From Octopus vulgaris (lineage: Eukaryota), in the NCBI GenBank assembly GCA_951406725.2, contig OX597816.1, forward strand, positions 86,614,001 to 86,678,000: DNA of 64,000 nt, given 5' to 3'. Below are positions 1-16,435 of this stretch, piece after piece. Made by a program: the position numbers and the translations under genes. Under the pieces are notes generated by a model. The model was not told where the DNA came from. It was given only the letters and a program-made list of their open reading frames with translations, and searched no databases. How positions within the stretch are numbered: the stretch's first letter is position 1; each line of letters opens with the position of its first letter.

Positions 1-279
1 ACCGATAAAGAGCGAAGCTTTTAAGAGAAAATATTCACAGAAAAGGAGCTGCTTGAAGATTTTCTCAAGGACACAATGACAAAAGCATGCGCAATGTTTC
101 GGATACGTCTTGAGGCTGTGGTGGAAGCCGAGAGCGTTTGCTCTGAGTAAGCTGTTACCTCCCAGTTATCATCTACTTATATTATTTTATGCTTTTTAAA
201 ATACTTTTGTTTTCAGTTGAGATATTGTTTTCTCTTTTCCTTTTATGCAAACTGTCAAATTTAGTCAAAACGACCTGTG
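1..279 (+). mobile_element. 3' end of a Tc1/mariner-type DNA transposon (transposase C-terminal remnant plus probable terminal repeat)
   Basis: 55-150 translates EDFLKDTMTKACAMFRIRLEAVVEAESVCSE*, resembling the ACxxFRxRLxAVxxAxG end of Tc1-like transposases; ends ...CGACCTG next to a TA-rich repeat. Confidence 0.5.
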
Positions 280-299
280 TATATATATTTGTGTGTGTG

Positions 300-371
<72 letters not shown>

Positions 372-432
372 TATATATATATATATGAGTGTATGTATGT
401 ATGTATGTATGTATGTATGTATCATGTATGTA
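280..432. repeat. (TA)n/(TG)n/(TATG)n compound microsatellite; representative of dozens in the window (e.g. 5170-5295, 6295-6590, 7245-7400, 22850-22995, 40385-40750, 50960-51375)
   Basis: Direct tandem 2-4 nt repeats; these account for most ORF-track entries (YIYI, CVCV, SLSL). Confidence 0.97.
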
Positions 433-740
433 TACGATGAACTCGCCCGTCAAGTGCGACGTATGAGTGCTCAGCTTTTGCCAAACGACCTGCACAAATG
501 ATTTGTTTACAAAGATAAAATTTTCATGCCACATGTTGGCTCAGTCTCTCCATCAAATCGCTGTTACCCAAACAGGTGCGTGGTATATTACGCGTCAGTT
601 GTCGAAGGGATCGCAGAGAAAAGTAGGTGAGACTCAAGAACACAACACACCACTCGGTCTAGAAATTGAGATTTCAATCGATACATAGTGAGTGTAACAC
701 ACTAACCAGCAGGTCATGCTCACATACACACACACACACT

Positions 741-780
<40 letters not shown>

Positions 781-1220
781 CACGCACGCACGCACACACA
801 CACACATATATATAATGTAATTAAGGAGAAAAATGTCCCTGAGCATGGTATATTCAAGAGTCAATCCTTTGCCTTAGTTTAACAGGTAAAGGTCAAATAC
901 TGGTTATTGTCTGACTGGGGAAAATGCAGATGAATCACGTGTAATAACCGAAAATTACCAGGTATATATTCCTCATAGCTGAATAAAGAGAAACATTGAC
1001 GAAGAAGCATAACAGATCGCCTACCATGAGATAGGTCAATGTCTTACTCTGTCGTGTGAATACTGCAAACACGAATATACAAATGCGAGAATACTTAACT
1101 CAGAATAACTATATATTATATATCAATGCACATACGCATATGCACACATCTATTCATCTGTGCGTATATCTGTGTATGAGTTATATATTATAAATATATA
1201 AACATTCATATGTATACGTT

Positions 1221-1313
<93 letters not shown>

Positions 1314-2386
1314 ATTGCTTGACAGGTTGCCAAGCTTCAGTTAACAATAAATGAATAAATAATGTTTACATCTAGTCTTTATTTCTGTTTCATTTGCAAA
1401 GGACAATACGCACTCGCACGCATGCACACAGACGTATAGTAACACAAATACATAAAGAAAAACATATATCCATGCATATAGGTACGTATATATAAACGCA
1501 CGACCGCGCACACATACACACGCACGCATACACAGACACAAACACATACAAACACGCGCATATTCACTCACACATATCGTTTTTCTATTCGTTTGCTATT
1601 TTCTCCCCGTATGTAACCTATATGCAATTCCTCAATTATTTAATTTTTTCTTCTCTTTTTGGCACCGTCCCATTTATATTTTTATGCCCTCCATCTCTCT
1701 GTATCTGTCTTCTCTCGCTCTCTCTCTCTCACACAAACAAATACACACGCACACACACGCAAAATCACATACCCATAGTGGCACATACATAGACTAAAAG
1801 GTAAATACTCTGATACATACACATGGACAAATGACAGGCACAGATATATCTGCTGTTTCTCTTTGTTGTTCTTTCTGATGCTCACATCATTTTCACTTCA
1901 TTTTCGCATACATTTTACATGCATTTCCACATTACTCCTACTTGTCACACTGTGTCTCAGATACAGAGACACACAAAACTTTGCCTCCTTTAAAATCTTC
2001 CTCTCCTTTTCCATCTTTCTCTTTTCCTCTATCGCTCTTACTAATGGCCGCCCAGATTTTCTCTCCTCATATATCGCTCTACAATCTAACAACAATACCT
2101 GCAACTATCCAACATGAATTCAGTATATCATGATCCCATATTGGCTATCCAAGATACAATGCTACGAATACAGCTCATTTGACTAAATTTTTATTCGAGA
2201 ATATTCGATATGTTGTTTGAAGATTCATCGTGAGAACAGTACAATATTGACTAAATATAATTGCTTGCTTCAAAACATATCAAGATCTCCTTCCTTTTTA
2301 TGGACCAAAGTAGTCCTATCTATTGATATCACTCTATCTATATGTCTATCTATAGATAGATACTAATATAGATAGATATATGTGTG

Positions 2387-2424
<38 letters not shown>

Positions 2425-3599
2425 CGAGAGAGAGGTATATATATCTTTAAATATACATTTATACACACATACAAATATATGTATACACATACTGTCATAC
2501 ACGTAAGCAATATATATATATACAAGCATATATTTACTCACACGCACACTTACACACGCAATACACACACATATATTAGTGTTCTATTTGTGTGCGCATC
2601 TATGGATCTCTCTGTGTCAGTGCCTAAAATGTCTGACAGTTTTGACGGGAGAAGTAGACAGGAAAGTAGTACACGAGGAGAAATGTGCAGTCGCAACAGT
2701 TGTACAGCTGTAGAAAACCAACTACTGCTACTATTGCTGCTGCTGCTGCTGTTGCTCCTACTACCACCACCACTAATACTACTACTATTACTACTACTAT
2801 TACTACTGCCACTACTGCTACTGAAGTTAATAATACTTCTACCGCTGCTGCCGCTTTTTCCACTGGTGCTTCTACTGCTGCTGCTACTGGTGATGTGCTA
2901 CAAAAGTAGTGCTCCTGCCATTGCAACTGCTACTACTTTTACTTACACCACAATTACTTTTACAACTGCCGCTGCTGTTACTGCTACTGTGCTACAGCTT
3001 GTGATGTTAACGGTGGTATTAGAAAGATGGTGCTGCTGTTCAGTTGCTGCAGTTGCTACTACTTCCTCTCCTACTACTGTAGCCACTACTACTCGTGAAT
3101 ACTGAAGGAAGGGAATATATAAGAAAGAGAAAGATTTCGCAACAGATAGGAAGTGGGTTATGTCTGACTAACATCTTCAAATAAATTAATTTTTGTTTTC
3201 AGCTCAGATATGGCGTCGCAAGTACTCGAAGGCATATTTGGTCTAGTATCCAGATATATCTGATTCAAAATACAGGTCAACTTAATTGAGTGCATGTAAA
3301 AATTAAGCGATGTACATGGATAGAATAAGCTTCCTGTTTGAGAGTCCTTGTTCTGCTATGTTCTGAAATTGTAAAGTGGGTGGCCGAGGAAATAGGTATT
3401 AAACATGAGTCTTATTTTTCTCGCGTACCTTCTTCTGTTCCAACTATAAACATGTTTAATATGAAAATAAATCACTATTAGATTGTTTAGACGCATGTAA
3501 TCAAATTTTAAGTGTTATATATCTTTTCCCCCATTATCAATTCTCATAGTGCTTACACATGCATGCACACATACGTGAACATATATACACACGCGCAAA

Positions 3600-3790
3600 A
3601 TAGTTTCGTATTTTGGTAACAGGCCATAAATTTTGGGGGAAGGATTCAGACGATATCATCGACCCTACTGCTACATTTTCTCTCAGCATGAGAGGACGAA
3701 AAGCAAAGTCGAGTTTGGTAGAATTTGAGCTCAGAACGTAAAACCAGAAGAAAAGCCTCTACGCATTTCGTCTGGCGCCGTAACTATTCT
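3600..3790 (-). mobile_element. SINE family B copy (tRNA-like head plus Deu/Nin-like core), degenerate
   Basis: Reverse-complement match to copies at 35265 and 55841 (GTTCTGAGCTCAAATTC...ACTTTGCTTTTCGTCCT). Confidence 0.7.
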
Positions 3791-5165
3791 GTCTATACTG
3801 TACATATGTACATATAATCCTATACACCGAGTTCCTCATTTCCGAGCCTGTTCTTTTCATATTCACTGTCTGAATATGTTTTGAAATATGAAATAAAAGT
3901 TTGAAGGAAACGTTTATCGTTATGTTTTTTCGTTAAATACGTTTTTGAAGAACTTGTGTGAAAACGGCAGCTGCAAGCTTATGCTTTTTATTTCATTTCT
4001 GATTTTCATGAGAACTATCCACTGAGCAGTAACCGTCTGGCAAAGTCAAAGGTATAAAGAATTATGGTTGAATAAAACAGCAGTGATCAAACTAAAACAC
4101 ATTTGGCAACAGAATTTACGTTCAAAGTACATCATTACAAGCATAAGCATACATTTCTCAACCCGACAGAAAATTTCCTACGGCTTAGTCGAAGTTTATA
4201 TGATGCTTGCATGAGACAAGTTCTCACGAATTCAGAATTACCTGGTCTGTTGTAGATAATGTGCAACTAAATCAAAGATGTGGTGTAATCTTTGTTTGCG
4301 CAAAAAATTGAGAATTTTTACTCAAGGCAATAATAGTTTGAACAAAAGAGATGAACTGTTAACGCCTTGTATACATACGGCAAAGTACCTTTTATGCAAA
4401 TACAAACCTTGAATTTCGAATCATTAAAAAAAAATAATAATTTGGTTTTCGAAATGTTTAATTAATAGGTTTAATTACTATATGTTTCGGTATGCGTGTC
4501 CGTGTCTGTATGTGAGTATATGTCTATAAGCATGTTTGTATTTGTATATATATATATGTGTGTGTATATATATGTATAAATATAATTCTGTGTATACATG
4601 TATGTCAAAGAGATTACATATGTATGCGTTTGCGCAGGCACATGCAAAATGAACAAGCACATACACACTCATTGTTTTCAAAAGCATTAATTAAAAATAT
4701 TAATTAAAAGTATTATTTAAAATCATTAATTTGGAACATTACTTAAACAGCAACGCAATTTTATGATTTAAATTTCATGGAGTTTATGATGTTTATGATA
4801 ATATAACCACGAGACCCAAAAATTACTTAAAAAGCGGAAACTCGAAGCAGCCATTTTCGTACACGACATTCACAAAAGTTTTCAAACGAAAGAACATAAC
4901 AGGTGTTTCCTTCAAGCTTTCATTTCATATTTAAGAAATATAAAAACACCGGATATTCAAAAGAAAACCTAGCTAGGTTTATCGTCTGTTGACCAGAAAC
5001 GAGCAACTCGGAGTATTGGAAATCGGCCCCTCTCAGTTATATTGTATTAAAGAATACATTTCATTTGTATTGTGTCCTGTAAATCAAGAGAGAATTATAA
5101 TTATTTGTATATTGTTATGTATATCACTACACACACTTACTCACAAACACAACACACGTACATGC

Positions 5166-5200
<35 letters not shown>

Positions 5201-5412
5201 TGTATGTATGTATGTAGGTAGGTAGGTAGGTAGGTAGGTAGGTAGGTAGGTAGGTAGGTAGGTAGGTAGGTAGGTAGGTAGGTAGGTAGGTAGGTTGGTC
5301 GGTAGGTAAACCAGAATATTTCTTCGCTCGTAAGACGTTCACGTTAGCAAATTCGTGTCATTTGTGCCTGAGAATTACTATACGCATGATTTTGAGTGCG
5401 CACCCGTGTATG

Positions 5413-5455
<43 letters not shown>

Positions 5456-5695
5456 GTATGTGTGTGTGTGTGTGTGTTTATATGTGAGATTGTGATGCTC
5501 ATTTTCGTGTAGGGAATGTGATGTATGTGTGACCTAAACCGTAAGGCTTTCAGCTCAACATAGTAAGCTCATAGTTTCATTTCCTAGACAATTGATCCTG
5601 TATTTCACGCTACTCAAAATTAACTCAGCTGTAAATAAGTCCCAGCAAGGCAATAATGCAACTCTATTTAATTATCTCTTTCTCTTTTCTATCTT

Positions 5696-5746
<51 letters not shown>

Positions 5747-6330
5747 TTCTCTCTCTCTCTTTCTCTCTCTCTCTATCTTTTTCTCTCTCTCTCTCTTTCT
5801 CTCTCTCAAGTACCAGTTGAGCACTGGGGCTGATATAAACCACTTACCCCTTTCCCCAAATTACTGTCCTTGTGCCAAAATTGAAACTAAAAATTCGTAA
5901 ATTTCTAAACTTATTACAGTTTTATAAGCTTCATCATAACTATGATATTTTCCCGGTATTCATAGTTATTTAATTTTGGATATGAATCCAATCTATGTGT
6001 ATACTAAATCAAATGATGTTGAGCTTGTTATACTGTATGTTTATGAGAAAAGCGATGCAGTCACCATTGCAAGGATCTTGTTTTAACTATTTCTATTTTC
6101 ATTTCTTAGATTGTAGGCGTCAGTTTTTCGTGATCAAATAATCAATAACCATTGGAAGTGTCACATTCCCTCACGAACAATGTTGTTATAAAAAAAAATG
6201 CCACGACAACTTAATTATATTTTGCGATACAATATGGAAAAATTCTGCAGCAAGACTAAAATCTACTCATCTTGGTAATACATGCATGTCTTTTCTTCTC
6301 TCTATCTCTCTCTGTCTCTGTCTCTCTCTG

Positions 6331-6361
<31 letters not shown>

Positions 6362-6405
6362 GTCTGTCTCTCTCTCTCTCTTCTCTCTGTCTCTCTGTCT
6401 CTCTG

Positions 6406-6551
<146 letters not shown>

Positions 6552-6552
6552 T

Positions 6553-6590
<38 letters not shown>

Positions 6591-7260
6591 TGCTATATGT
6601 ATATTGATTAGGATTTCTAGTTGACCTAGTTGACCAGGTGTGAAAATTTTCATTTACAATGTCTTAAATGAGAAAATAGTTTAATTTTAGATATAGGGTT
6701 TCAATTGATTATTTTCTATTCTGATAAGAATTGTATATGAAGAGGAAATGAGAGGAAGAATGTATTAACGTAAAACATAAAATTTCGTTTGGGGTAAAGG
6801 GAACAAACTCTAAAGATTATTTAAAGGCGACAAGAAAAGATGGGGGTTAAATAAGAAGATGACTGTAAGGAATAGCAATGTTGATTTAGGCATCGTTTCC
6901 AGTGGAATTTCTGCGGAATTTATCGAAGTCAAAATAAAGTGGAGGGTACTTCGGAAAGTGAAATTTCATCAAGGAATTTGTGTATGTTTTAGGTTTTACG
7001 GTGTTTAGGTATTTACATTTTGATGACAATTATTCTTCGTGTGACTATTTTTGCATTTGTATGTCGATGGCTACTTTATTTCTATGTTGTGCGTATTCTA
7101 CATGAATACATTTGAAACATCGCAGATGCATTTTTTTTAAATATAATGAAAGGTTAACATAATGAAGTGGATAAATGTTAAAATACTGATCTAAGCTTAC
7201 AGTTTCACAATTTCACGCACAGACACACAGACACACACTTAATATATCTATCTATCTATC

Positions 7261-7400
<140 letters not shown>

Positions 7401-7716
7401 CAGAGAGATATATCAATTAAATATAAGTATAGAATCTATAAAAGATCTTATCAAGAAACCAGCGTGTAAAGCCAATTATGGTAAAAAAAAGGTTAATACT
7501 AAGTGTATAATTTTTATTTAAATACATTATTACATTAATGACTGTTACTATAAGTAAAGCCACATGCTGGAAAGGGACGCTAAAATCAAACTACTTCATC
7601 AAATATGCACGCACGCTGAAACGAGGAAATGAACAAAGACAAAACGTATCCACTGAGCGTATAGGCTCTGTGGATACGTTGCGTTCATATGGTGTGTATA
7701 AGTGTTTATAGTTATA

Positions 7717-9190
<1,474 letters not shown>

Positions 9191-10380
9191 AAGCACACAC
9201 ATGCACACACACACACACACACAGTATCAAACCTCAGATGAAATGGGCGTGTGTGTGTGAAAGAGAGTGAGTAAAAGGGTGTGCTGTCATGTATATGTAC
9301 ATGCATAAAGAAATAGGCATTCATCATTCTTGTGTGTGTGTGAGAGGGAGAGTGCCACTTAGACTTCATTCTTCCTCGATCTCACAAACACACACACACA
9401 TACATAGAAAAAGTTGTACACATATGTATTTATGTGTGTACGTATACATAACAACACACCACTTTAAACAGATATACACATACATAAATGTATACAAACG
9501 TACATACAAAATCACACGTGTGTGTATGACACACTTGCGTGTGTGACTGGCTACAAATGTATAGAGCTGAACACTGCATGCAAAAAGGAAATATATTTTT
9601 AAAATTTTACGGAAATTAACGAAATGTTTGAGTTCAGAAAGAAATGAAACCTGGAGAGAGTGTGTGTATGTGTGTGTGAGAGATAGAGAGAGAGAGAAAG
9701 AAAGAGAGAATATTACAAACAATGAATGAGATAAACGTGGAATGTGAAAAGCATATAAATAAAAGCACGTTAAAAAAGTATCTTGTACCAAATATTTAAG
9801 TTTGTGAACTACATAAATGTTTCTTTCAGTAATTTGTTGTAGTTGTTTACAAATAGCGAACATTAAAATGGAGACTGAGAGACTGCCGTTTTTACGTCAA
9901 TACCGGAAGTTGTCATTGAGACACATTTGTACAGATGTGTATCATAAATATATAGCAATATTTGATATTTTTAATTTAAAAAAATCAAATGAAGGCCGTA
10001 TTATGTGTCCGAGGTCAAATTATTCATGCATCATAAGTATGGAAGTAATTGGTGAAGCCGTTTTCACGTGAAAAGTGAATATACACACATCTCTTTTTTA
10101 TATATTTTAGATATTTCTGGTTATGTTTTCACTGACGAATTGAGAGCGAGTTACAGCGCTGACCATGAAATCGTTTTGATATGCAACTGAAAATATTTTC
10201 TTTGCTCGTCTCCTCGACTTCAGCGCGTGTGTATGTTTGACAAAGTAGTTTGATTTAAGCGACTCTTTCCATCGTGTGGCTTTACTTATAGTTAACAGCC
10301 TTTAATGTAATAATGTATATATCATATATTTATAGAATTATATATGTATATATATATGCATATATGGATACATGCATGCA

Positions 10381-10420
<40 letters not shown>

Positions 10421-10440
10421 TAGATACATATATTTATATA

Positions 10441-10487
<47 letters not shown>

Positions 10488-10491
<4 letters not shown>

Positions 10492-10821
10492 GGGTAAAGA
10501 CCCCCTTCGGTCATGAATGACCATGGGATTGCACCTAGAAAGTTACCCTCCTAGACACAAGTCCGGGCAAGGTTGTTTATGGAAGACCAACAGTCGCCCA
10601 CGCATACCAGCCTCCCCTCTCCACGCCACCAGTGTTATCCAAGGGAAAGACAAAGGTCGATACAGCTTGGCACCAGTGACGTCGCAACTCATTTCTACAG
10701 CTGAGTGAACTGGAGCAACGTGAAATAAAGTGCCTTGCTCAAGAACACAACACGCAGCCCGGTCCGGGATTCGAGCTCACAACCTCACGATCGTAAGCTC
10801 GATGATCTAACCACTGAGCCA
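10488..10821 (-). mobile_element. SINE family C copy (tRNA-derived head)
   Basis: Minus strand TGGCTCAGTGGTTAG (A box) ... GCTCGAATCC (B-box-like) then GTGTTCTTGAGCAAGGCACTTTATTTCACG; homologues at 14715, 22436, 25990, 45190. Confidence 0.8.
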
Positions 10822-11639
10822 TACATATATGTTATACATATATATACATATATATATATGTATGTATACCTAAATATATATACATATATACATATACATA
10901 CATGTGCGTATGCGTGTGTGTGTGTATGTGTGTGTTTGCGTGTGTGTTTGTGTGGGTGTGCGTGTGTGTTTGTGTGTGTGTTTGTATGTGTGTTTGTGTG
11001 TGTGTGCGCGCGCCTGAAAATCCTGTGTGTCTACAGTGATAGAATATCAAACGATGCAACTAATATGGGTTGTTTATATATTTGAAAACATATTTCGGGT
11101 TTCCGTTTCAAACGGCAGATGAAGACTCTGAGAAAGAGAAAACCATGTAAATGTTTTGTGTCCCGTTTTCATTCCGTTTAACACTAAACCTGAGTTCTAA
11201 GTCTAAACTCTGACATCTAACCTTGCCAAAATATTAATTCCTAACTATTGACCCTAAAACTTCACTCTTTTTTTTTCTGTTTTTTTTTTGTAATCATAAT
11301 CTCTTATGCTTAAAATAATTCTGATAGAAATATTTTAGGAACATTTCAGAAATGAAATTGTCAAGAAATTTCAGAGTAATAGAAAATGATAAATAATAAA
11401 CAATTTGAAATTTTCCGTTGGAACAAAAACAATTCCTGCTGACACAATAATAAGGAAGTTTGAAAAAAAACCTTTAATAAAAAAGATTCAATTGTTGAAA
11501 ACGGTAAAGTATTCAGCATCATTAATTGCTTAAAACTCTGTTAATACGCAGAAATATGCACAAATAAAAGTACGTTAGTTATACATACACATGCGCACAC
11601 ACGCATGTATGTATGCATGTATATGTACATATATATTAG

Positions 11640-11799
11640 CACTGGAGTGTGTGTGTGGTAGGAAGCTTGCTCCACAACCACATGGTTCCGGGTTCACTCC
11701 TACTGCGTGGCACCTTGGGCAAGTGTTTTCTACTATAGCCTCGGACCAACCAAAGCCTTGTGAGTGGATTCGGTGGACGGAAACGGAAAGAAGCCTTTC

Positions 11800-11836
<37 letters not shown>

Positions 11837-11854
11837 TATATATATATATGTGTA

Positions 11855-11885
<31 letters not shown>

Positions 11886-12120
11886 ACATGTGTGTGTATA
11901 TATGTAAGTCTTTGATGTTTGTGTCTGTCTTTGTCCCCCCAGAATCGCTTGACTACTGATGTTGGTGTGTTTACGTCCCCGTCAATTAGCGGTTCGGCAA
12001 GAAAGACCGATAAGAAAAGTACTAGTCTTACCAAGAATAAGTCCTAGGGTCGATGTATTCGATTAAAAGTGGTGCTCCAGCATGGCCGCAGTGAAATAGC
12101 TGAAACAAGTAAAAGAATGA
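11640..12120 (+). mobile_element. SINE family A copy (tRNA-like head, CCTTGGGCAAG core, internal microsatellite, ...CCAGCATGGCCGCAG...AAGTAAAAGAA tail)
   Basis: Collinear with copies at 28388-35036, 36445, 42175, 49530. Confidence 0.85.
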
Positions 12121-12443
12121 AATATATATATGTATAAAGGCCAGTTTAGCAAAAATGTAAACATCGAGATCAAGCAAGATCTACTCATACGGGGAACATA
12201 CAGAAACATGAAACACGACACATTGAGAGCATACTAACTTCATATTGGTATTCTAAGAATTAAAGAAGCAATCCCGTTAAAAAACACACCAACTGGCCAG
12301 ATTGGAGCAATCTCAAGATTAATCAGCCGAAATTTCGAGGATGATTCGGTTCTTGACTGAAGATTAGAGACTTCGAATGTCCCGTCCGTGATTTTTGTAT
12401 CGTCTATTTGAATGTGATTCGTTCTTGTTCCATTTTGTATTTT

Positions 12444-12508
<65 letters not shown>

Positions 12509-12519
12509 GTATATTTGTA

Positions 12520-12750
12520 TGTGTGTGTCTGTTGTTTGTCACGCCACCATCACCACCCCACCACCATCGCTTGGCCAGCGGTGTTGGTGTGCTTATGTCC
12601 GCGTAACTTAGCAGTACGGCAAAAGAGAACGATAGAATAAGTACTAGGTTTACAAAGATTAAGTCCAGGGGGCGATTTCTTCGACTAAAAGCCGGTGCTC
12701 CAGCATGGCCTCAGTCAGATGACTGAAGCAAGTAAAAGAATAAAAGAATA
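12520..12750 (+). mobile_element. SINE family A, 3' half only
   Basis: Matches 11900-12120 including the GGTGCTCCAGCATGGCC...GTAAAAGAATAAAAGAA tail. Confidence 0.75.
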
Positions 12751-14204
12751 GAAAAATCCGGATACTTACAGAAATACAACACACGTTTTTTTAATTAATT
12801 TCCAACTTATACCCTGGGTTTTCAATTGTTAGTCACCTCTTGTGCTCATTACGTGTACGAATATTAGTCACCTATTTCATTCAGGTGTGTCTGACTGAGT
12901 GTGTGCGTGTGTATGTGCGTGTGCGCGTGTCTGAGAGCCTGTGTGTATATACGTGTGCGTGTGTGTGTTTGCATGCATGTGTGCGTGGCTGTGTTTAAGT
13001 ATTATCTAACAATACTGATGAAAACATAATCGATGCAAATATCTGATATTGTAATATTGTTGAAGCTGATTGGTCTTGTATGTAATGCACGATGTTTCAA
13101 AAAGCGGCTTACAATAGGCATATTCGTGTGGAAAGAAATCATTGAAAAAGAATATTCAAACCAGTTATAGCCTACGATATATTGGATCAAATACACTGAA
13201 TTTGCATGATTTAGATACACAATTTATATTGCATCCAACTGTGGAATAGAAGCAAGTGTAACTTCATAAGCAAGAGAGGAAAACAACGAAATTTCTTGCT
13301 GATAAAGGTTCTGCATAACATCAAGATGTAGACCCCACTTAAGATAAAATTAAAATAGTTCATGGATTTAGTTTACTGATTATATGGGGGCTTATTTTCT
13401 CAAAATAGACAGCGTAAAACTAATTTATGCTATTTAATTTTCTGCTAAAAATAGCCGAAATATTAGTGTAATTTAATTTTCTGCTAAAAATAGCCGAAAT
13501 ATTAAATTAGGAAAATCGATTTCAATTTTAAGTTAACGCGGTATTTACCTCTCAATATTCTAAATTAAAGTATTTTTTCGAAGTTGAACTAGAAATATCA
13601 TAGAAGAATTTTTATTACAAAAAAATCTTTAAAACGTCAAATATTTGGATGGAGTCATTTAATCCATAATTTTAGGGGTCTGGGAAAATTGTTTTGTTAT
13701 AGTCAGGCAAAGTGCTTTAATCTATGAATATTGCACTGTGTGACAATTTTTGGGGTTTTTTTCTGTTCAGTAAGTGTTATTTCTTAATTGCTTCTGTCTG
13801 TAAAATCGAAGGAAATTATTATTATTCTCTATAAACTTTGTGATCTGGGCATCAATGTTTTGAATCTGACCTATTTTCCGTGATAGATTCAGCGATGAGT
13901 TGCTGGAACAGAAATATCGTTATAGCAAATATTTTGCTTAATACCACTTCAGCATGTCCCTTTTTAGCTGATAATATGTGCATCGTTGATCATAGCAGTA
14001 ATAGTGGCGAATATCATAGCCATGTGCTGCGAGCGACTTTTTGGGATTTTGAATACATGTAACGAAAAACAAACTTTGAAGGAAATATTAACCATACTTC
14101 ATATTATATATGGGAAAGCAAATAGGAAATAACGGTTGCTAGCAGAAGACAAAAATCGTGTTACTCAGTGATATCAAAGAATAAGTTTAGAAAATAGAGA
14201 AAAT

Positions 14205-14352
14205 TCGGCAGCAGTGCAGAACTGGCGCGTACTTTATTTACCCGGAAAGGGAATGAAATGTTAAGCTCAGAAGATTTGAACTTAGAACGTAAAGTGCTGG
14301 AACGCTTATTGTAAAAATCTATCCGACGTTCTAAGAATTCTGCCAGTGAGTT
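14205..14352 (-). mobile_element. SINE family B, partial
   Basis: Reverse-complement similarity to the GAGCTGGCAGAA...TTCTGAGTTCAAAT head. Confidence 0.55.
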
Positions 14353-14714
14353 ACCTTCTATATTCATACATACATACATACATGAAAATGAGTCAATCTG
14401 CTGACACATATTACATATACAGACGGTAAGTGGAACAGCATCCTTGTACCAAGATCACTCTTATTGCATTGACTGGTACGGGATTATGGAAGGCATTTCC
14501 ACAGTTTAACACTACAACGACGGGAAGGTGTTCCATGAATCTGGGTAACAAAGAAGACAATAATGTCATTTTTTTTATTCTTAAAGGTAATTATAATAAA
14601 TGTAAGGTTTTTATACACAATAAAATTTACAATCCGTAAAATATTACAGTACCGTAAAATATTCATTTTCAGGATGGCGGTATCCTTGTAAAAGTTTTTG
14701 AAAGATAAATTGAT

Positions 14715-15022
14715 CATGAATAACCATAGGATTACGCCTAGGAAGTTCCTCTTCGAGGTACAACTCTGGGAAAGGTTGTTTATGGAAGACCAGCTATCGC
14801 CAATACATACCAAATTACCCTCTCCATGCCACCGATGATGTCCGAGGGAAAGGTAAAGTCGGGTGAGGCTTGGCAGTAGCGACGTCACGACTCATTTCTT
14901 CAGATAACTGGAGCAATGTGAACTTACGTGACTTACTCAAGAACTCAACACACAGCTCAATCCGGAAATCAAACTCAATACTTCATGATTGTGAATCCGA
15001 CGCTCTCACCACTGAGTCATGT
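14715..15022 (-). mobile_element. SINE family C copy
   Basis: Collinear with 10505-10821. Confidence 0.75.
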
Positions 15023-15059
15023 GCCAGAAAATATTATTATTATTATTATTATTATTATT

Positions 15060-15600
15060 GAGTGAGAGAGCAGTGAATGCCATCAAAGTGACACTGGGAT
15101 AAAATATACCAGTATACCCATCACGGCTACCCGTCTGATAAAGGTACACTAGGCACATGCATCACAACCATATGTGCGCGACATAGTGATCTCATATCAA
15201 GATAAACAGCGCATGACCTTGCAGGTGGGGCCCAGTTAGAATTTTCATCTGGTTGAGTAACCCATCCTACTCAAAAGGTCCCTGAATAGGGATTGCTTAA
15301 GGATGTTGAACGAAACACTAATGTTTCCAAAGGTGAATTATTCAAACCTCTAAGGATTCCTTTCAACACACGGCTCTTATGCTCCCCCACTACTTCTGCT
15401 CGTGATCAGAGATGCACATATCGTCAGCCACTAAGGGACATGCTCAACTGGTTACGGTCAAACAACGGACAAGTAAATCTGTGGTATTGAGCAGAATATT
15501 TGCTGTAGCCCATCTTTTATACCAAGACAAAACAATGTACATGATTATACTTCTAATCAGTTAAGATCAGAAGCCATGAGAGCTGGTACTGCATCAGGGC
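15060..15600 (-). mobile_element. ~540-bp non-coding repeat inserted in (TTA)n; partial second copy at 17877-18092
   Basis: Flanked on both sides by (TTA)n; GAGTGAGAGAGCAG...AAAGTGACA start shared with 17877, which also directly follows (TTA)n; strand is inferred. Confidence 0.6.
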
Positions 15601-15656
<56 letters not shown>

Positions 15657-16000
15657 TTTTGACTTTTACTTTGTTTTTGTACAAGTTGACTCCCAATCTC
15701 ACCCAGAGACCTCAAGTTAGAAGATCAAGTTGAGTATTATGCCTAGGGTGTCATATATTTGTTTTTACACATATTATTGTTCAAGAGAATGTTTAAGAAA
15801 ATTGCAAGTTTGTTTTAAAATTTTAGGGTTTCCTGGTATCGGAGCTTGGTATGAATCAGACCCTTTTGCTTTCATTCGTAGGGCACCTATGACAACAGGT
15901 ATTGTTTTACTCTTGAGATTCCACATTTTGGCAATTTCTGTTTCAAGATTTTTTATACTGGCTCAGTTTTTAGTAGGTCTTGACAGATACATTTATGTAG
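15657..16000 (-). mobile_element. 3' fragment of an RLE-type non-LTR retrotransposon (R4/Dong-like) ending in (TAA)n
   Basis: Minus strand reads ...LETEIAKMWNLKSKTIPVVIGAL..., homologous to 19405-19480. Confidence 0.7.
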
Positions 16001-16037
16001 AAATTTCGACCCTTGTCTGAAAATTTGAAACCAAAAT

Positions 16038-16228
16038 CGACGAGCTGATAGAATCGTTAGCGCACCAGAGAAAATGTTTAGTGACACCCCTTCTGGCTTT
16101 ATGTTCTGAGTTCAAATTCCACCAAGATCGACTTTGCCGTTCATTATTTTGGGGTCCATAAGCTAAATACCAGTCACGAACTGGAGTCGAAAACTTCAGG
16201 CTTTGTGTGCCTATAGTAGAAAGGATTA
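16038..16228 (+). mobile_element. SINE family B copy, degenerate
   Basis: GAGCTG...GTTAGC...TTCTGAGTTCAAATTCC...GACTTTGCC. Confidence 0.7.
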
Positions 16229-16382
16229 CTGGATATTATATATTTGCGTATTGTTTACGCTTTCGATTCTGATTGTATTCGGAAGCAAACTTGACCGCCG
16301 GGAGATTTTTAATTGTAACGAATACGAGCAGGCATGACTGTAAGGAAATAATATCAAGAGAGGAAATGGACACAGATTAAGT

Positions 16383-16435
<53 letters not shown>

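Noticed and set aside
2479-3105. 208-aa Leu-rich ORF resembling a membrane protein
   Set aside because: Arises from a degenerate (CTA/CTG)n repeat open in several frames on both strands
3190-3280. Possible host exon after TTTTGTTTTCAG
   Set aside because: Weak donor, short frame, no recognisable peptide or partner exons
13430-13510. ~40-bp tandem duplication TTTAATTTTCTGCTAAAAATAGCCGAAATATTA
   Set aside because: Real but appears to be a simple local slippage duplication with no further structure
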